Positions 41,501 through 54,547 of a stretch of DNA of 64,000 nucleotides are shown piece after piece. The stretch is from Eledone cirrhosa. Lineage: Eukaryota. Below the pieces are notes generated by a model that made no database searches, was not told the origin of the DNA, and saw only the letters and a list, made by a program, of their open reading frames with translations. Within the stretch, counting starts at the first letter, position 1; the number at the start of each line of letters is the position of its first letter. The stretch covers positions 1 through 64,000 of the forward strand of contig CAXHJY010000054.1 of NCBI GenBank assembly GCA_964016885.1. The letters run 5' to 3'. The position numbers and the translations under genes are program-made.

Positions 41501-44500
41501 GCTAAGCTATCCTAAGCTAAGCTAAGCTAAGCTATCCTAAGCTAAGCTAAGCTAAGCTAAGCTAAGCTAAGCTATCCTAAGCTAAGCTAAGCTAAGCTAT
41601 CCTAAGCTAAGCTAAGCTATCCTAAGCTAAGCTAAGCTATCCTAAGCTAAGCTAAGCTAAGCTAAGCTAAGCTAAGCTATCCTAAGCTATCCTAAGCTAA
41701 GCTATCCTAAGCTAAGCTATCCTAAGCTATCCTAAGCTAAGCTATCCTAAGCTAAGCTAAGCTAAGCTATCCTAAGCTAAGCTATCCTAAGCTAAGCTAT
41801 CCTAAGCTATCCTAAGCTATCCTAAGCTAAGCTAAGCTAAGCTAAGCTATCCTAAGCTAAGCTAAGCTAAGCTATCCTAAGCTAAGCTAAGCTAAGCTAT
41901 CCTAAGCTATCCTAAGCTAAGCTATCCTAAGCTATCCTAAGCTAAGCTATCCTAAGCTATCCTAAGCTAAGCTAACCTAAGCTAAGCTATCCTAAGCTAA
42001 GCTAAGCTAAGCTATCCTAAGCTAAGCTAAGCTAAGCTATCCTAAGCTAAGCTAAGCTAAGCTATCCTAAGCTAAGCTAAGCTATCCTAAGCTAAGCTAT
42101 CCTAAGCTAAGCTATCCTAAGCTAAGCTAAGCTAAGCTAAGCTAAGCTAAGCTAAGCTAAGCTATCCTAAGCTAAGCTAAGCTAAGCTATCCTAAGCTAA
42201 GCTAAGCTATCCTAAGCTAAGCTAAGCTATCCTAAGCTAAGCTAAGCTAAGCTAAGCTAAGCTAAGCTATCCTAAGCTATCCTAAGCTAAGCTATCCTAA
42301 GCTAAGCTATCCTAAGCTATCCTAAGCTAAGCTATCCTAAGCTAAGCTAAGCTAAGCTATCCTAAGCTAAGCTATCCTAAGCTAAGCTATCCTAAGCTAT
42401 CCTAAGCTATCCTAAGCTAAGCTAAGCTAAGCTAAGCTATCCTAAGCTAAGCTAAGCTAAGCTATCCTAAGCTAAGCTAAGCTAAGCTATCCTAAGCTAT
42501 CCTAAGCTAAGCTATCCTAAGCTATCCTAAGCTAAGCTATCCTAAGCTATCCTAAGCTAAGCTAACCTAAGCTAAGCTATCCTAAGCTATCCTAAGCTAA
42601 GCTAAGCTAAGCTATCCTAAGCTAAGCTAAGCTAAGCTATCCTAAGCTAAGCTAAGCTAAGCTATGCTAAGCTAAGCTAAGCTAAGCTTTCCTAAGCTAT
42701 CCTAAGCTAAGCTATCCTAAGCTAAGCTATCCTAAGCTATCCTAAGCTAAGCTATCCTAAGCTATCCTAAGCTAAGCTATCCTAAGCTAAGCTATCCTAA
42801 ACTAAGCTAAGCTATCCTAAGCTAAGCTAAGCTAAGCCATCCTAAGCTAAGCTAAGCTAGGCTATCCTAAGCTAAGCTAAGCTATCCTAAGCTAAGCTAA
42901 GCTAAGCTATCCTAAGCTAAGCTAAGCTAAGCTATCCTAAGCTATCCTAAGCTAAGCTAAGCTAAGCTATCCTAAGCTAAGCTAAGCTAAGCTATCCTAA
43001 GCTATCCTAAGCTAAGCTATCCTAAGCTATCCTAAGCTAAGCTATCCTAAGCTAAGCTAAGCTAAGCTATCCTAAGCTAAGCTAAGCTAAGCTATCCTAA
43101 GCTAAGCTATCCTAAGCTATCCTAAGCTAAGCTATCCTAAGCTAAGCTATCCTAAGCTAAGCTAAGCTATCCTAAGCTAAGCTAAGCTAAGCTATCCTAA
43201 GCTAAGCTAAGCTAAGCTATCCTAAGCTATCCTAAGCTAAGCTATCCTAAGCTATCCTAAGCTAAGCTATCCTAAGCTATCCTAAGCTAAGCTAAGCTAT
43301 CCTAAGATAAGCTAAGCTATCCTAAGCTATCCTAAGCTAAGCTAAGCTAAGCTATCCTAAGCTAAGCTAAGCTAAGCTATCCTAAGCTAAGCTAAACTAA
43401 GCTATCCTAAGCAAAGCTAAGCTAAGCTAAGCTAAGCTATCCTAAGCTAAGCTAAGCTAAGCTATCCTAAGCTAAGCTAAGCTAAGCTATCCTAAGCTAA
43501 GCTAAGCTATCCTAAGCTAAGCTAAGCTAAGCTATCCTAAGCTAAGCTAAGCTAAGCTATCCTAAGCTATCCTAAGCTAAGCTATCCTAAGCTAAGCTAA
43601 GCTAAGCTATCCTAAGCTATCCTAAGCTAAGCTATCCTAAGCTAAGCTAAGCTAAGCTATCCTAAGCTAAGCTAAGCTATCCTAAGCTAAGCTAAGCTAA
43701 GCTATCCTAAGCTAAGCTATCCTAAGCTATGCTAAGCTAAGCTAAGCTAAGCTATCCTAAGCTAAGCTAAGCTAACCTATCCTAAGCTAAGCTAAGCTAA
43801 GCTATCCTAAGCTAAGCTAAGCTAAGCTAAGCTAAGCTAAGCTAAGCTATCCTAAGCTATCCTAAGCTATCCTAAGCTAAGCTATCCTAAGCTAAGCTCT
43901 CCTAAGGTAAGCTATCCTAAGCTATCCTAAGCTAAGCTAAGCTAAGCTATCCTAAGCTAAGCTAAGCTAAGCTATCCTAAGCTAAGTTAAGCTAAGCTAT
44001 CCTAAGCTAAGCTAAGCTAAGCTCTCCTAAGCTAAGCTATCCTAAGCTATCCTAAGCTAAGCTAAGCTATCCTAAGCTAAGCTAAGCTAAGCTATCCTAA
44101 GCTAAGCTAAGCTATCCTAAGCTAAGCTATCCTAAGCTAAGCTAAACTAAGCTAAGCTAAGCTATCCTAAGCTAAGCTAAGCTAAGCGATCCTAAGCTAA
44201 GCTAAGCTAAGCTATCCTAAGCTAAGCTAAACTAAGCTATCCTAAGCTAAGCTAAGCTAAGCTATCCTAAGCTAAGTTAAGCTAAGCTATCCTAAGCTAA
44301 GCTAAGCTAAGCGATCCTAAGCTAAGCTAAGCTAAGCTATCCTAAGCTAAGCTAAGCTAAGCTATCCTAAGCTAAGCTAAGCTATCCTAAGCTAAGCTAA
44401 GCTAAGCTATCCTAAGCTAAGCTAAGCTAAGCTATCCTAAGCTAAGCTAAGCTATCCTAAGCTAAGCTAAGCTAAGCTATCCTAAGCTAAGCTATCCTAA

Positions 44501-45045
44501 GCTAAGCTAAGCTAAGCTAAGCTAAGCTAAGCTATCCTAAGCTAAGCTAAGCTAAGCTATCCTAAGCTAAGCTAAGCTAAGCTAAGCTAAGCTAAGCTAT
44601 CCTAAGCTATCCTAAGCTAAGCTATCCTAAGCTAAGCTATCCTAAGCTATCCTAAGCTAAGCTATCCTAAGCTAAGCTAAGCTAAGCTATCCTAAGCTAA
44701 GCTATCCTAAGCTAAGCTATCCTAAGCTATCCTAAGCTATCCTAAGCTAAGCTAAGCTAAGCTATCCTAAGCTAAGCTAAGCTAAGCTATCCTAAGCTAA
44801 GCTAAGCTAAGCTAAGCTATCCTAAGCTAAGCTAAGCTAAGCTATCCTAAGCTAAGCTAAGCTAAGCTATCCTAAGCTATCCTAAGCTAAGCTATCCTAA
44901 GCTATCCTAAGCTAAGCTATCCTAAGCTATCCTAAGCTAAGCTAACCTAAGCTAAGCTATCCTAAGCTATCCTAAGCTAAGCTAAGCTAAGCTATCCTAA
45001 GCTAAGCTAAGCTAAGCTATCCTAAGCTAAGCTAAGCTAAGCTAT
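35525..45045 (+). repeat. Block B, copy 2
   Basis: Colinear with 4895-14445, with a net 30-bp shortening near 42120. Confidence 0.93.
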
Positions 45046-48000
45046 CCTAAGCTAAGCTAAGCTAAGCTATGCTAAGCTAAGCTAAGCTAAGCTTTCCTAA
45101 GCTATCCTAAGCTAAGCTATCCTAAGCTAAGCTATCCTAAGCTATCCTAAGCTAAGCTATCCTAAGCTATCCTAAGCTAAGCTATCCTAAGCTAAGCTAT
45201 CCTAAACTAAGCTAAGCTATCCTAAGCTAAGCTAAGCTAAGCCATCCTAAGCTAAGCTAAGCTAGGCTATCCTAAGCTAAGCTAAGCTATCCTAAGCTAA
45301 GCTAAGCTAAGCTATCCTAAGCTAAGCTAAGCTAAGCTATCCTAAGCTATCCTAAGCTAAGCTATCCTAAGCTAAGCTAAGCTAAGCTATCCTAAGCTAA
45401 GCTAAGCTAAGCTATCCTAAGCTATCCTAAGCTAAGCTATCCTAAGCTAAGCTAAGCTAAGCCATCCTAAGCTAAGCTAAGCTAGGCTATCCTAAGCTAA
45501 GCTAAGCTATCCTAAGCTAAGCTAAGCTAAGCTATCCTAAGCTAAGCTAAGCTAAGCTATCCTAAGCTATCCTAAGCTAAGCTATCCTAAGCTAAGCTAA
45601 GCTAAGCTATCCTAAGCTAAGCTAAGCTAAGCTATCCTAAGCTATCCTAAGCTAAGCTATCCTAAGCTATCCTAAGCTAAGCTATCCTAAGCTAAGCTAT
45701 CCTAAGCTAAGCTAAGCTATCCTAAGCTAAGCTAAGCTATCCTAAGCTAAGCTAAGCTAAGCTATCCTAAGCTAAGCTATCCTAAGCTAAGCTAAGCTAT
45801 CCTAAGCTAAGCTAAGCTAAGCTATCCTAAGCTAAGCTATCCTAAGCTAAGCTAAGCTATCCTAAGCTAAGCTAAGCTAAGCTATCCTAAGCTATCCTAA
45901 GCTAAGCTATCCTAAGCTATCCCAAGCTAAGCTATCCTAAGCTAACCTAAGCTAAGCTATCCTAAGCTATCCTAAGCTAAGCTAAGCTAAGCTATCCTAA
46001 GCTATCCTAAGCTAAGCTATCCTAAGCTATCCTAAGCTAAGCTATCCTAAGCTATCCTAAGCTAAGCTAAGCTATCCTAAGATAAGCTAAGCTATCCTAA
46101 GCTATCCTAAGCTAAGCTATCCTAAGCTAAGCTATCCTAAGCTATCCTAAGCTAAGCTCTCCTAAGGTAAGCTATCCTAAGCTATCCTAAGCTAAGCTAT
46201 CCTAAGCTATCCTAAGCTAAGCTAAGCTATCCTAAGCTAAGCTAAGCTAAGCTATCCTAAGCTAAGCTAAGCTAAGCTATGCTAAGCTAAGCTAAGCTAA
46301 GCTATCCTAAGCTAAGCTAAGCTAAGCTATCCTAAGCTAAGCTAAGCTAAGCTATCGTAAGCTAAGCTAAGCTAAGCTATCCTAAGCTAAGCTAAGCTAT
46401 CCTAAGCTAAGCTAAGCTAAGCTATCCTAAGCTAAGCTAAGCTAAGCTATCCTAAGCTAAGCTAAGCTAAGCTAAGCTAAGCTATCCTAAGCTATCCTAA
46501 GCTAAGCTAAGCTAAGCTATCCTAAGCTAAGCTAAGCTAAGCTATCCTAAGCTAAGCTAAGCTATCCTAAGCTAAGCTAAGCTAAGCTAAGCTATCCTAA
46601 GCTAAGCTAAGCTAAGCTATCCTAAGCTATCCTAAGCTAAGCTATCCTAAGCTAAGCTATCCTAAGCTAAGCTAAGCTAAGCTATCCTAAGCTAAGCTAA
46701 GCTAAGCTATCCTAAGCTAAGCTAAGCTAAGCTATCCTAAGCTAAGCTAAGCTATCCTTAGCTAAGCTAAGCTAAGCTATCCTAAACTAAGCTAAGCTAA
46801 GCTATCCTAAGCTATCCTAAGCTAAGCTATCCTAAGCTAAGCTATCCTAAGCTAACCTAAGCTAAGCTAAGCTAAGCTATCCTAAGCTAAGCTATCCTAA
46901 GCTAACCTAAGCTAAGCTAAGCTATCCTAAGCTAAGCTATCCTAAGCTAAGCTATCCTAAGCTATCCTAAGCTATCCTAAGCTAAGCTATCCTAAGCTAA
47001 GCTAAGCTAAGCTACGCTATCCTAAGCTAAGCTAAGCTAAGCTATCCTAAGCTAAGCTATCCTAAGCTAAGCTATCCTAAGCTAAGCTATCCTAAGCTAA
47101 GCTATCCTAAGCTAAGCTATCCTAAGCTATCCTAAGCTAAGCTATCCTAAGCTAAGCTATCCTAAGCTATCCTAAGCTAAGCTATCCTAAGCTATCCTAA
47201 GCTAAGCTGTCCTAAGCTATCCTAAGCTAAGCTATCCTAAGCTAAGCTATCCTAAGCTATCCTAAGCTAAGCTATCCTAAGCTAAGCTATCCTAAGCTAA
47301 GCTAAGCTAAGCTATCCTAAGCCAAGCTAAGCTAAGCCATCCTAAACTAAGCTAAGCTATCCTAAGCTAAGCTAAGCTAAGCTATCCTAAGCTATCCTAA
47401 GCTAAGCTATCCTAAGCTATCCTAAGCTAAGCTATCCTAAGCTAAGCTATCCTAAGCTATCCTAAGCTAAGCTATCCTAAGCTATCCTAAGCTAAGCTAT
47501 CCTAAGCTATCCTAAGCTAAGCTAAGCTAAGCTATCCTAAGCTAAGCTAAGCTAAGCTATCCTAAGCTAAGCTAAGCTATCCTAAGCTAAGCTAAGCTAA
47601 GCTATCCTAAGCTATCCTAAGCTAAGCTATCCTAAGCTAAGCTATCCTAAGCTATCCTAAGCTAAGCTATCCTAAGCTAAGCTATCCTAAGCTATCCTAA
47701 GCTAAGCTATCCTAAGCTATCCTAAGCTAAGCTATCCTAAGCTAAGCTATCCTAAGCTATTCTAAGCTAAGCTATCCTAAGCTATCCTAAGCTAAGCTAA
47801 GCTAAGCTATCCTAAGCTAAGCTAAGCTAAGCTATCCTAAGCTAAGCTAAGCTAAGCTATCCTAAGCTATCCTAAGCTAAGCTATCCTAAGCTAAGCTAT
47901 CCTAAGCTATCCTAAGCTAAGCTATCCTAAGCTAAGCTAAGCTATCCTAAGCTAAGCTAAGCTAAGCTAAGCTAAGCTAAGCTATCCTAAGCTAAGCTAA

Positions 48001-50054
48001 GCTAAGCTATCCTAAGCTAAGCTAAGCTAAGCTATCCTAAGCTAAGCTAAGCTAAGCTATCCTAAGCTAAGCTAAGCTAAGCTATCCTAAGCTAAGCTAA
48101 GCTAAGCTCTCCTAAGCTAAGCTATCCTAAGCTATCCTAAGCTAAGCTAAGCTATCCTAAGCTAACCTAAGCTAAGCTATCCTAAGCTAAGCTAAGCTAT
48201 CCTAAGCTAAGCTAAGCTAAGCTATCCTAAGCTAAGCTAAGCTAAGCTATCCTAAGCTAAGCTAAGCTAAGCTATCCTAAGCTAAGCTAAGCTAAGCTAT
48301 CCTAAGCTAAGCTAAGCTAAGCTATCCTAAGCTATCCTAAGCTAAGCTATCCTAAGCTAAGCTAAGCTAAGCTATCCTAAGCTAAGCTAAGCTATCCTAA
48401 GCTAAGCTAAGCTATCCTAAGCTAAGCTAAGCTAAGCTATCCTAAGCTAAGCTAAGCTAAGCTATCCTAAGCTAAGCTAAGCTTTCCTAAGCTATACTAA
48501 GCTAAGCTATCCTAAGCTAAGCTATCCTAAGCTATCCTAAGCTAAGCTATCCTAAGCTATCCTAAGCTAAGCTATCCTATGCTATCCTAAGCTAAGCTAT
48601 CCTAAGCTAAGCTATCCTAAGATAAGCTATGCTAAGCTATCCTAAGCTAAGCTATCCTAAGCTATCCTAAGCTAAGCTATCCTAAGCTATCCTAAGCTAA
48701 GCTAAGCTAAGCTAAGCTATCCTAAACTAAGCTAAGCTATCCTAAGCTAAGCTAAGCTAAGCTATCCTAAGCTAAGCTAAGCTAAGCCATCCTAAGCTAA
48801 GCTAAGCTAGGCTATCCTAAGCTAAGCTAAGCTAAGCTACCCTAAGCCAAGCTAAGCTAAGCTATCCTAAGCTAACCTAAGCTAAGCTATCCTAAGCTAA
48901 GCTAAGATAAGCTATCCTAAGCTAAGCTAAGCTAAGCTATCCTGAGCTAAGCTAAGCTAAGCTATCCTAAGCTAAGCTAAGCTATCCTAAGCTAAGCTAA
49001 GCTAAGCTATCCTAAGCTAAGCTAAGCTAAGCTATCCTAAGCTAAGCTAAGCTAAGCTATCCTAAGCTAAGCTAAGCTAAGCTATCCTAAGCTAAGCTAA
49101 GCTAAGCTATCCTAAGCTAAGCTAAGCTATCCTAAGCTAAGCTAAGCTATCCTAAGCTAAGCTAAGCTAAGCTATCCTAAGCTAAGCTAAGCTAAGCTAT
49201 CCTAAGCTATCCTAAGCTAAGCTATCCTAAGCTAAGCTAAGCTAAGCTATCCTAAGCTAAGCTATCCTAAGATATCCTAAGCTAAGCTATCCTAAGCTAC
49301 CTAAGCTAAGCTATCCTAAGCTAAGCTATCCTAAGCTAAGCTATCCTAAGCTAAGCTAAGCTAAGCTATCCTAAGCTAAGCTAAGCTAAGCTATCCTAAG
49401 CTAAGATAAGCTAAGCTATCCTAAGCTAAGCTAAGCTAAGCTATCCTAAGCTAAGCTAAGCTAAGCTATCCTAAGCTAAGCTAAGCTATCCTAAGCTATC
49501 CTAAGCTAAGCTATCCTAAGCTAAGCTAAGCTAAGCTATCCTAAGCTAAGCTAAGCTAAGCCCTCCTAAGCTAAGCTAAGCTATCCTAAGCTATCCTAAG
49601 CTATCCTAAGCTAAGCTAAGCTAAGCTATCCTAAGCTATCCTAAAGTAAGCTATCCTAAGCTAAGCTATCCTAAGCTATCCCAAGCTAAGCTATCCTAAG
49701 CTAAGCTAAGCTAAGCTATCCTAAGCTATCCTAAGCTAAGCTACCCTAAGCTAAGCTATCCTAAGCTATCCTAAGCTAAGCTAAGCTAAGCTATCCTAAG
49801 CTAAGCTAAGCTAAGCTATCCTAAGCTATCCTAAGCTAAGCTACCCTAAGCTAAGCTATCCTAAGCTATCCTAAGCTAAGCTAAGCTAAGCTATCCTAAG
49901 CTAAGCTAAGCTATCCTAAGCTAAGCTAAGCTATCCTAAGCTAAGCTAAGCTATCCTAAGCTATCCTAAGCTAAGCTATCCTAAGCTAAGCTATCCTAAG
50001 CTAAGCTATCCTAAGCTATCCTAAGGTAAGCTATCCTAAGCTATCCTAAGCTAA

Positions 50055-53000
50055 GCTAAGCTATCCTAAGCTAAGCTAAGCTAAGCTATCCTAAGCTAAG
50101 CTAAGCTAAGCTATCCTAAGCTAAGCTAAGCTAAGCTATGCTAAGCTAAGCTAAGCTATCCTAAGCTAAGCTAAGCTATCCTAAGCTAAGCTAAGCTAAG
50201 CTATCCTAAGCTAAGCTAAGCTAAGCTATCCTAAGCTAAGCTAAGCTAAGCTATCCTAAGCTAAGCTAAGCTAAGCTATCCTAAGCTAAGCTAAGCTAAG
50301 CTATCCTAAGTTAAGCTAAGCTATCCTAAGCTAAGCTAAACTAAGCTAAGCTAAGCTAAGCTAAGCTATCCTAAGCTAAGCTAAGCTAAGCTAAGCTAAG
50401 CTATCCTAAGCTAAGCTAAGCTAAGCTATCCTAAGCTAAGCTAAGCTAAGCTATCCTAAGCTAAGCTAAGCTAAGCTATCCTAAGCTAAGCTAAACTAAG
50501 CTAAGCTAAGCTAAGCTAAGCTATCCTAAGCTAAGCTAAGCTAAGCTAAGCTAAGCTATCCTAAGCTAAGCTAAGCTAAGCTATCCTAAGCTAAGCTAAG
50601 CTAAGCTATCCTAAGCTAAGCTAAGCTAAGCTATCCTAAGCTAAGCTAAGCTATCCTAAGCTAAGCTAAGCTAAGCTATCCTAAGCTAAGCTAAGCTATC
50701 CTAAGCTAAGCTAAGCTATCCTAAGCTAAGCTAAGCTAAGCTATCCTAAGCTAAGCTAAGCTAAGCTATCCTAAGCTAAGCTAAGCTAAGCTATCCTAAG
50801 CTAAGCTAAGCTATCCTAAGCTAAGCTAAGCTATCATAAGCTAAGCTAAGCTAAGCTATCCTAAGCTAAGCTAAGCTAAGCTATCCTAAGCTAAGCTAAG
50901 CTATCCTAAGCTAAGCTAAGCTAAGCTATCCTAAGCTAAGCTAAGCTAAGCTATCCTAAGCTATCCTAAGCTAAGCTATCCTAAGCTAAGCTAAGCTAAG
51001 CTATCCTAAGCTAAGCTAAGCTATCCTAAGCTAAGATAAGCTAAGCTATCCTAAGCTAAGCTAAGCTAAGCTATCCTAAGCTAAGCTAAGCTATCCTAAG
51101 CTATCCTAAGCTATCCTAAGCTAAGCTAACCTAAGCTATCCTAAGCTATCCTAAGCTAAGCTAAGCTATCCTAAGCTATCCTAAGCTAAGCTATCCTAAG
51201 CTATCCTAAGCTAAGCTATCCTAAGCTAAGCTATCCTAAGCTAATCTATCCAAAGCTATCCTAAGCTAAGCTATCCTAAGCTATCCTAAGCTAAGCTAAG
51301 CTAAGCTAAGCTAAGCTAAGCTAAGCTATCCTAAGCTAAGCTATCCTAAGCTAAGCTATCCTAAGCTATCCTAAGCTAAGCTATCCTAAGCTATCCTAAG
51401 CTAAGCTATCCTAAGCTAAGCTATCCTAAGCTATCCTAAGCTAAGCTATCCTAAGCTATCCTAAGCTAAGCTATCCTAAGCTAAGCTATCCTAAGCTATC
51501 CTAAGCTAAGCTATCCTAAGCTATCCTAAGCTAAGCTATCCTAAGCTATCCTAAGCTAAGCTATCCTAAGCTAAGCTAAGCTAAGCTATCCTAAGCCAAG
51601 CTAAGCTAAGCTATCCTAAGCCAAGCTAAGCTAAGCTATCCTAAACTAAGATAAGCTATCCTAAGCTAAGCTAAGCTATCCTAAGCTAAGCTAAGCTAAG
51701 CTATCCTAAGCTAAGCTAAGCTAAGCTATCCTAAGCCAAGCTAAGCTAAGCTATCCTAAGCTAAGCTAAGCTATCCTAAGCTAAGCTAAGCTAAGCTATC
51801 CTAAGCTAAGCTAAGCTAAGCTATCCTAAGCTAAGCTAAGCTAAGCTATCCTAAGCTAAGCTAAGCTAAGCTATCCTAAGCTAAGCTAAGCTATCCTAAG
51901 CTAAGCTAAGCTATCCTAAGCTATGCTAAGCTATCCTAAGCTAAGCTAAGCTAAGCTATCCTAAGCTATCCTAAGCTAAGCTATCCTAAGCTAAGCTAAG
52001 CTAAGCTATCCTAAGCTAAGCTAAGCTATCCTAAGCTAAGCTAAGATAAGCTACCTAAGCTAAGCTATCCTAAGCTATCCTAAGCTAAGCTATCCTAAGC
52101 TATCCTAAGCTAAGCTATCCTAAGCTAAGATATCCTAAGCTAAGCTAAGCTAAGCTATCCTAAGCTAAGCTAAGCTATCCTAAGCTAAGCTAAGATAAGC
52201 TACCTAAGCTAAGCTATCCTAAGCTATCCTAAGCTAAGCTATCCTAAGCTATCCTAAGCTAAGCTATCCTAAGCTATCCTAAGCTAAGCTATCCTAAGCT
52301 ATCCTAAGCTAAGCTAAGCTAACCTAAGCTAAGCTATCCTAAGCTAAGCTATCCTAAGCTAAGCTATCCTAAGCTAAGCTAAGCTAAGCTATCCTAAGCT
52401 AAGCTAAGCTAAGCTATCCTAAGCTAAGCTAAGCTAAGCTATCCTAAGCTAAGCTAAGCTAAGCTAAGCTATCCTAAGCTAAGCTAAGCTAAGCTATCCT
52501 AAGCTAAGCTAAGCTATCCTAAGCTAAGCTAAGCTAAGCTATCCTAAGCTAAGCTAAGCTAAGCTATCCTAAGCTAAGCTAAGCTAAGCTATCCTAAGCT
52601 ATCCTAAGCTATCCTAAGCTATCCCAAGCTAAGCTATCCTAAGCTAAGCTAAGCTAAGCTATTCTAAGCTAAGCTATCCCAAGCTAAGCTATCCTAAGCT
52701 ATCCTAAGCTAAGCTAAGCTAAGCTATCCTAAGCTAAGCTAAGCTAAGCTATCCAAAGCTAAGCTAAGCTAAGCTATCCTAAGCTAAGCTAAGCTATCCT
52801 AAGCTATCCTAAGCTAAGCTATCCTAAGCTAAGCTATCCTAAGCTAAGCTATCCTAAGCTATCCTAAGCTAAGCTAAGCTATCCTAAGCTAAGCTAAGCT
52901 ATCCTAAGCTATCCTAAGCTAAGCTATCCTAAGCTAAGCTCTCCTAAGGTAAGCTATCCTAAGCTATCCTAAGCTATCCTAAGCTAAGCTAAGCTAAGCT

Positions 53001-54547
53001 ATCCTATCCTAAGCTAAGCTAAGCTAAGCTATGCTAAGCTAAGCTAAGCTATCCTAAGCTAAGCTAAGCTAAGCTATCCTAAGCTAAGCTAAGCTATCCT
53101 AAGCTAAGCTAAGCTAAGCTATCCTAAGCTAAGCTAAGCTATCCTAAGCTAAGCTAAGCTAAGCTATCCTAAGCTAAGCTAAGCTATCCTAAGCTAAGCT
53201 AAGCTAAGCTATCCTAAGCTAAGCTAAGCTATCCTAAGCTAAGCTAAGCTAAGCTATCCTAAGCTAAGCTAAGCTAAGCTATCCTAAGCTAAGCTAAGCT
53301 AAGCTATCCTAAGCTAAGCTAAGCTATCCTAAGCTAAGCTAAGCTAAGCTATCCTAAGCTAAGCTAAGCTAAGCTATCCTAAGCTAAGCTAAGCTAAGCT
53401 ATCCTAAGCTAAGCTAAGCTAAGCTATCCTAAGCTAAGCTAAGCTAAGCTATCCTAAGCTAAGCTAAGCTAAGCTATCCTAAGCCAAGCTAAGCTAAGCT
53501 ATCCTAAGCTAAGCTAAGCTAAGCTATCCTAAGCTATCCTAAGCTATCCTAAGCTAAGCTAAGCTAAGCTATCCTAAGCTAAGCTAAGCTATCCTAAGCT
53601 AAGCTAAGCTAAGCTATCCTAAGCTAAGCTAAGCTATCCTAAGCTAAGCTAAGCTAAGCTATCCTAAGCTAAGCTAAGCTATCCTAAGCTATCCTAAGCT
53701 AAGCTATCCTAAGCTATTCTAAGCTAAGCTAAGCTATCCTAAGCTAAGCTAAGCTAAGCTATCCTAAGCTAAGCTAAGCTAAGCTATCCTAAGCTAAGCT
53801 AAGCTAAGCTATCCTAAGCTAAGCTAAGCTATCCTTAGCTAAGCTAAGCTAAGCTATCCTAAGCTATCCTAAGCTAAGCTATCCTAAGCTAAGCTATCGT
53901 AAGCTATCCTAAGCTAAGCTAACCTAAGCTAAGCTAAGCTAAGCTATCCTAAGCTAAGCTATCCTAAGCTAAGCTATCCTAAGCTAAGCTATCCTAAGCT
54001 ATCCTAAGCTATCCTAAGCTATCCTAAGCTAAGCTAAGCTAAGCTATCCTAAGCTAAGCTAAGCTAAGCTAAGCTAAGCTATCCTATGCTAAGCTAAGCT
54101 ATCCTAAGCTATCCTAAGCTAAGCTATCCTAAGCTAAGATATCCTAAGCTATCCTAAGCTAAGCTATCCTAAGCTATCCTAAGCTAAGCTATCCTAAGCT
54201 AAGCTATCCTAAGCTAAGCTATCCAAAGCTATCCTAAGCTAAGCTATCCTAAGCTATCCTAAGCTAAGCTAGGCTAAGCTATCCTAAGCTAAGCTAAGCT
54301 AAGCTATCCTAAGCTAAGCTATCCTAAGCTAAGCTATCCTAAGCTATCCTAAGCTAAGCTATCCTAAGCTATCCTAAGCTAAGCTATCCTAAGCTATCCT
54401 AAGCTAAGCTATCCTAAGCTAAGCTATCCTAAGCTAAGCTATCCTAAGCTATCCAAAGCTAAGCTATCCTAAGCTAAGCTAAGCTAAGCTATCCTAAGCC
54501 AAGCTAAGCTAAGCTATCCTAAGCTAAGCTAAGCTAAGCTATCCTAA
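50055..54547 (+). repeat. Block C, copy 2
   Basis: Colinear with 14361-18853 at constant offset 35694. The match ends at TAAAG (54545). Confidence 0.93.
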
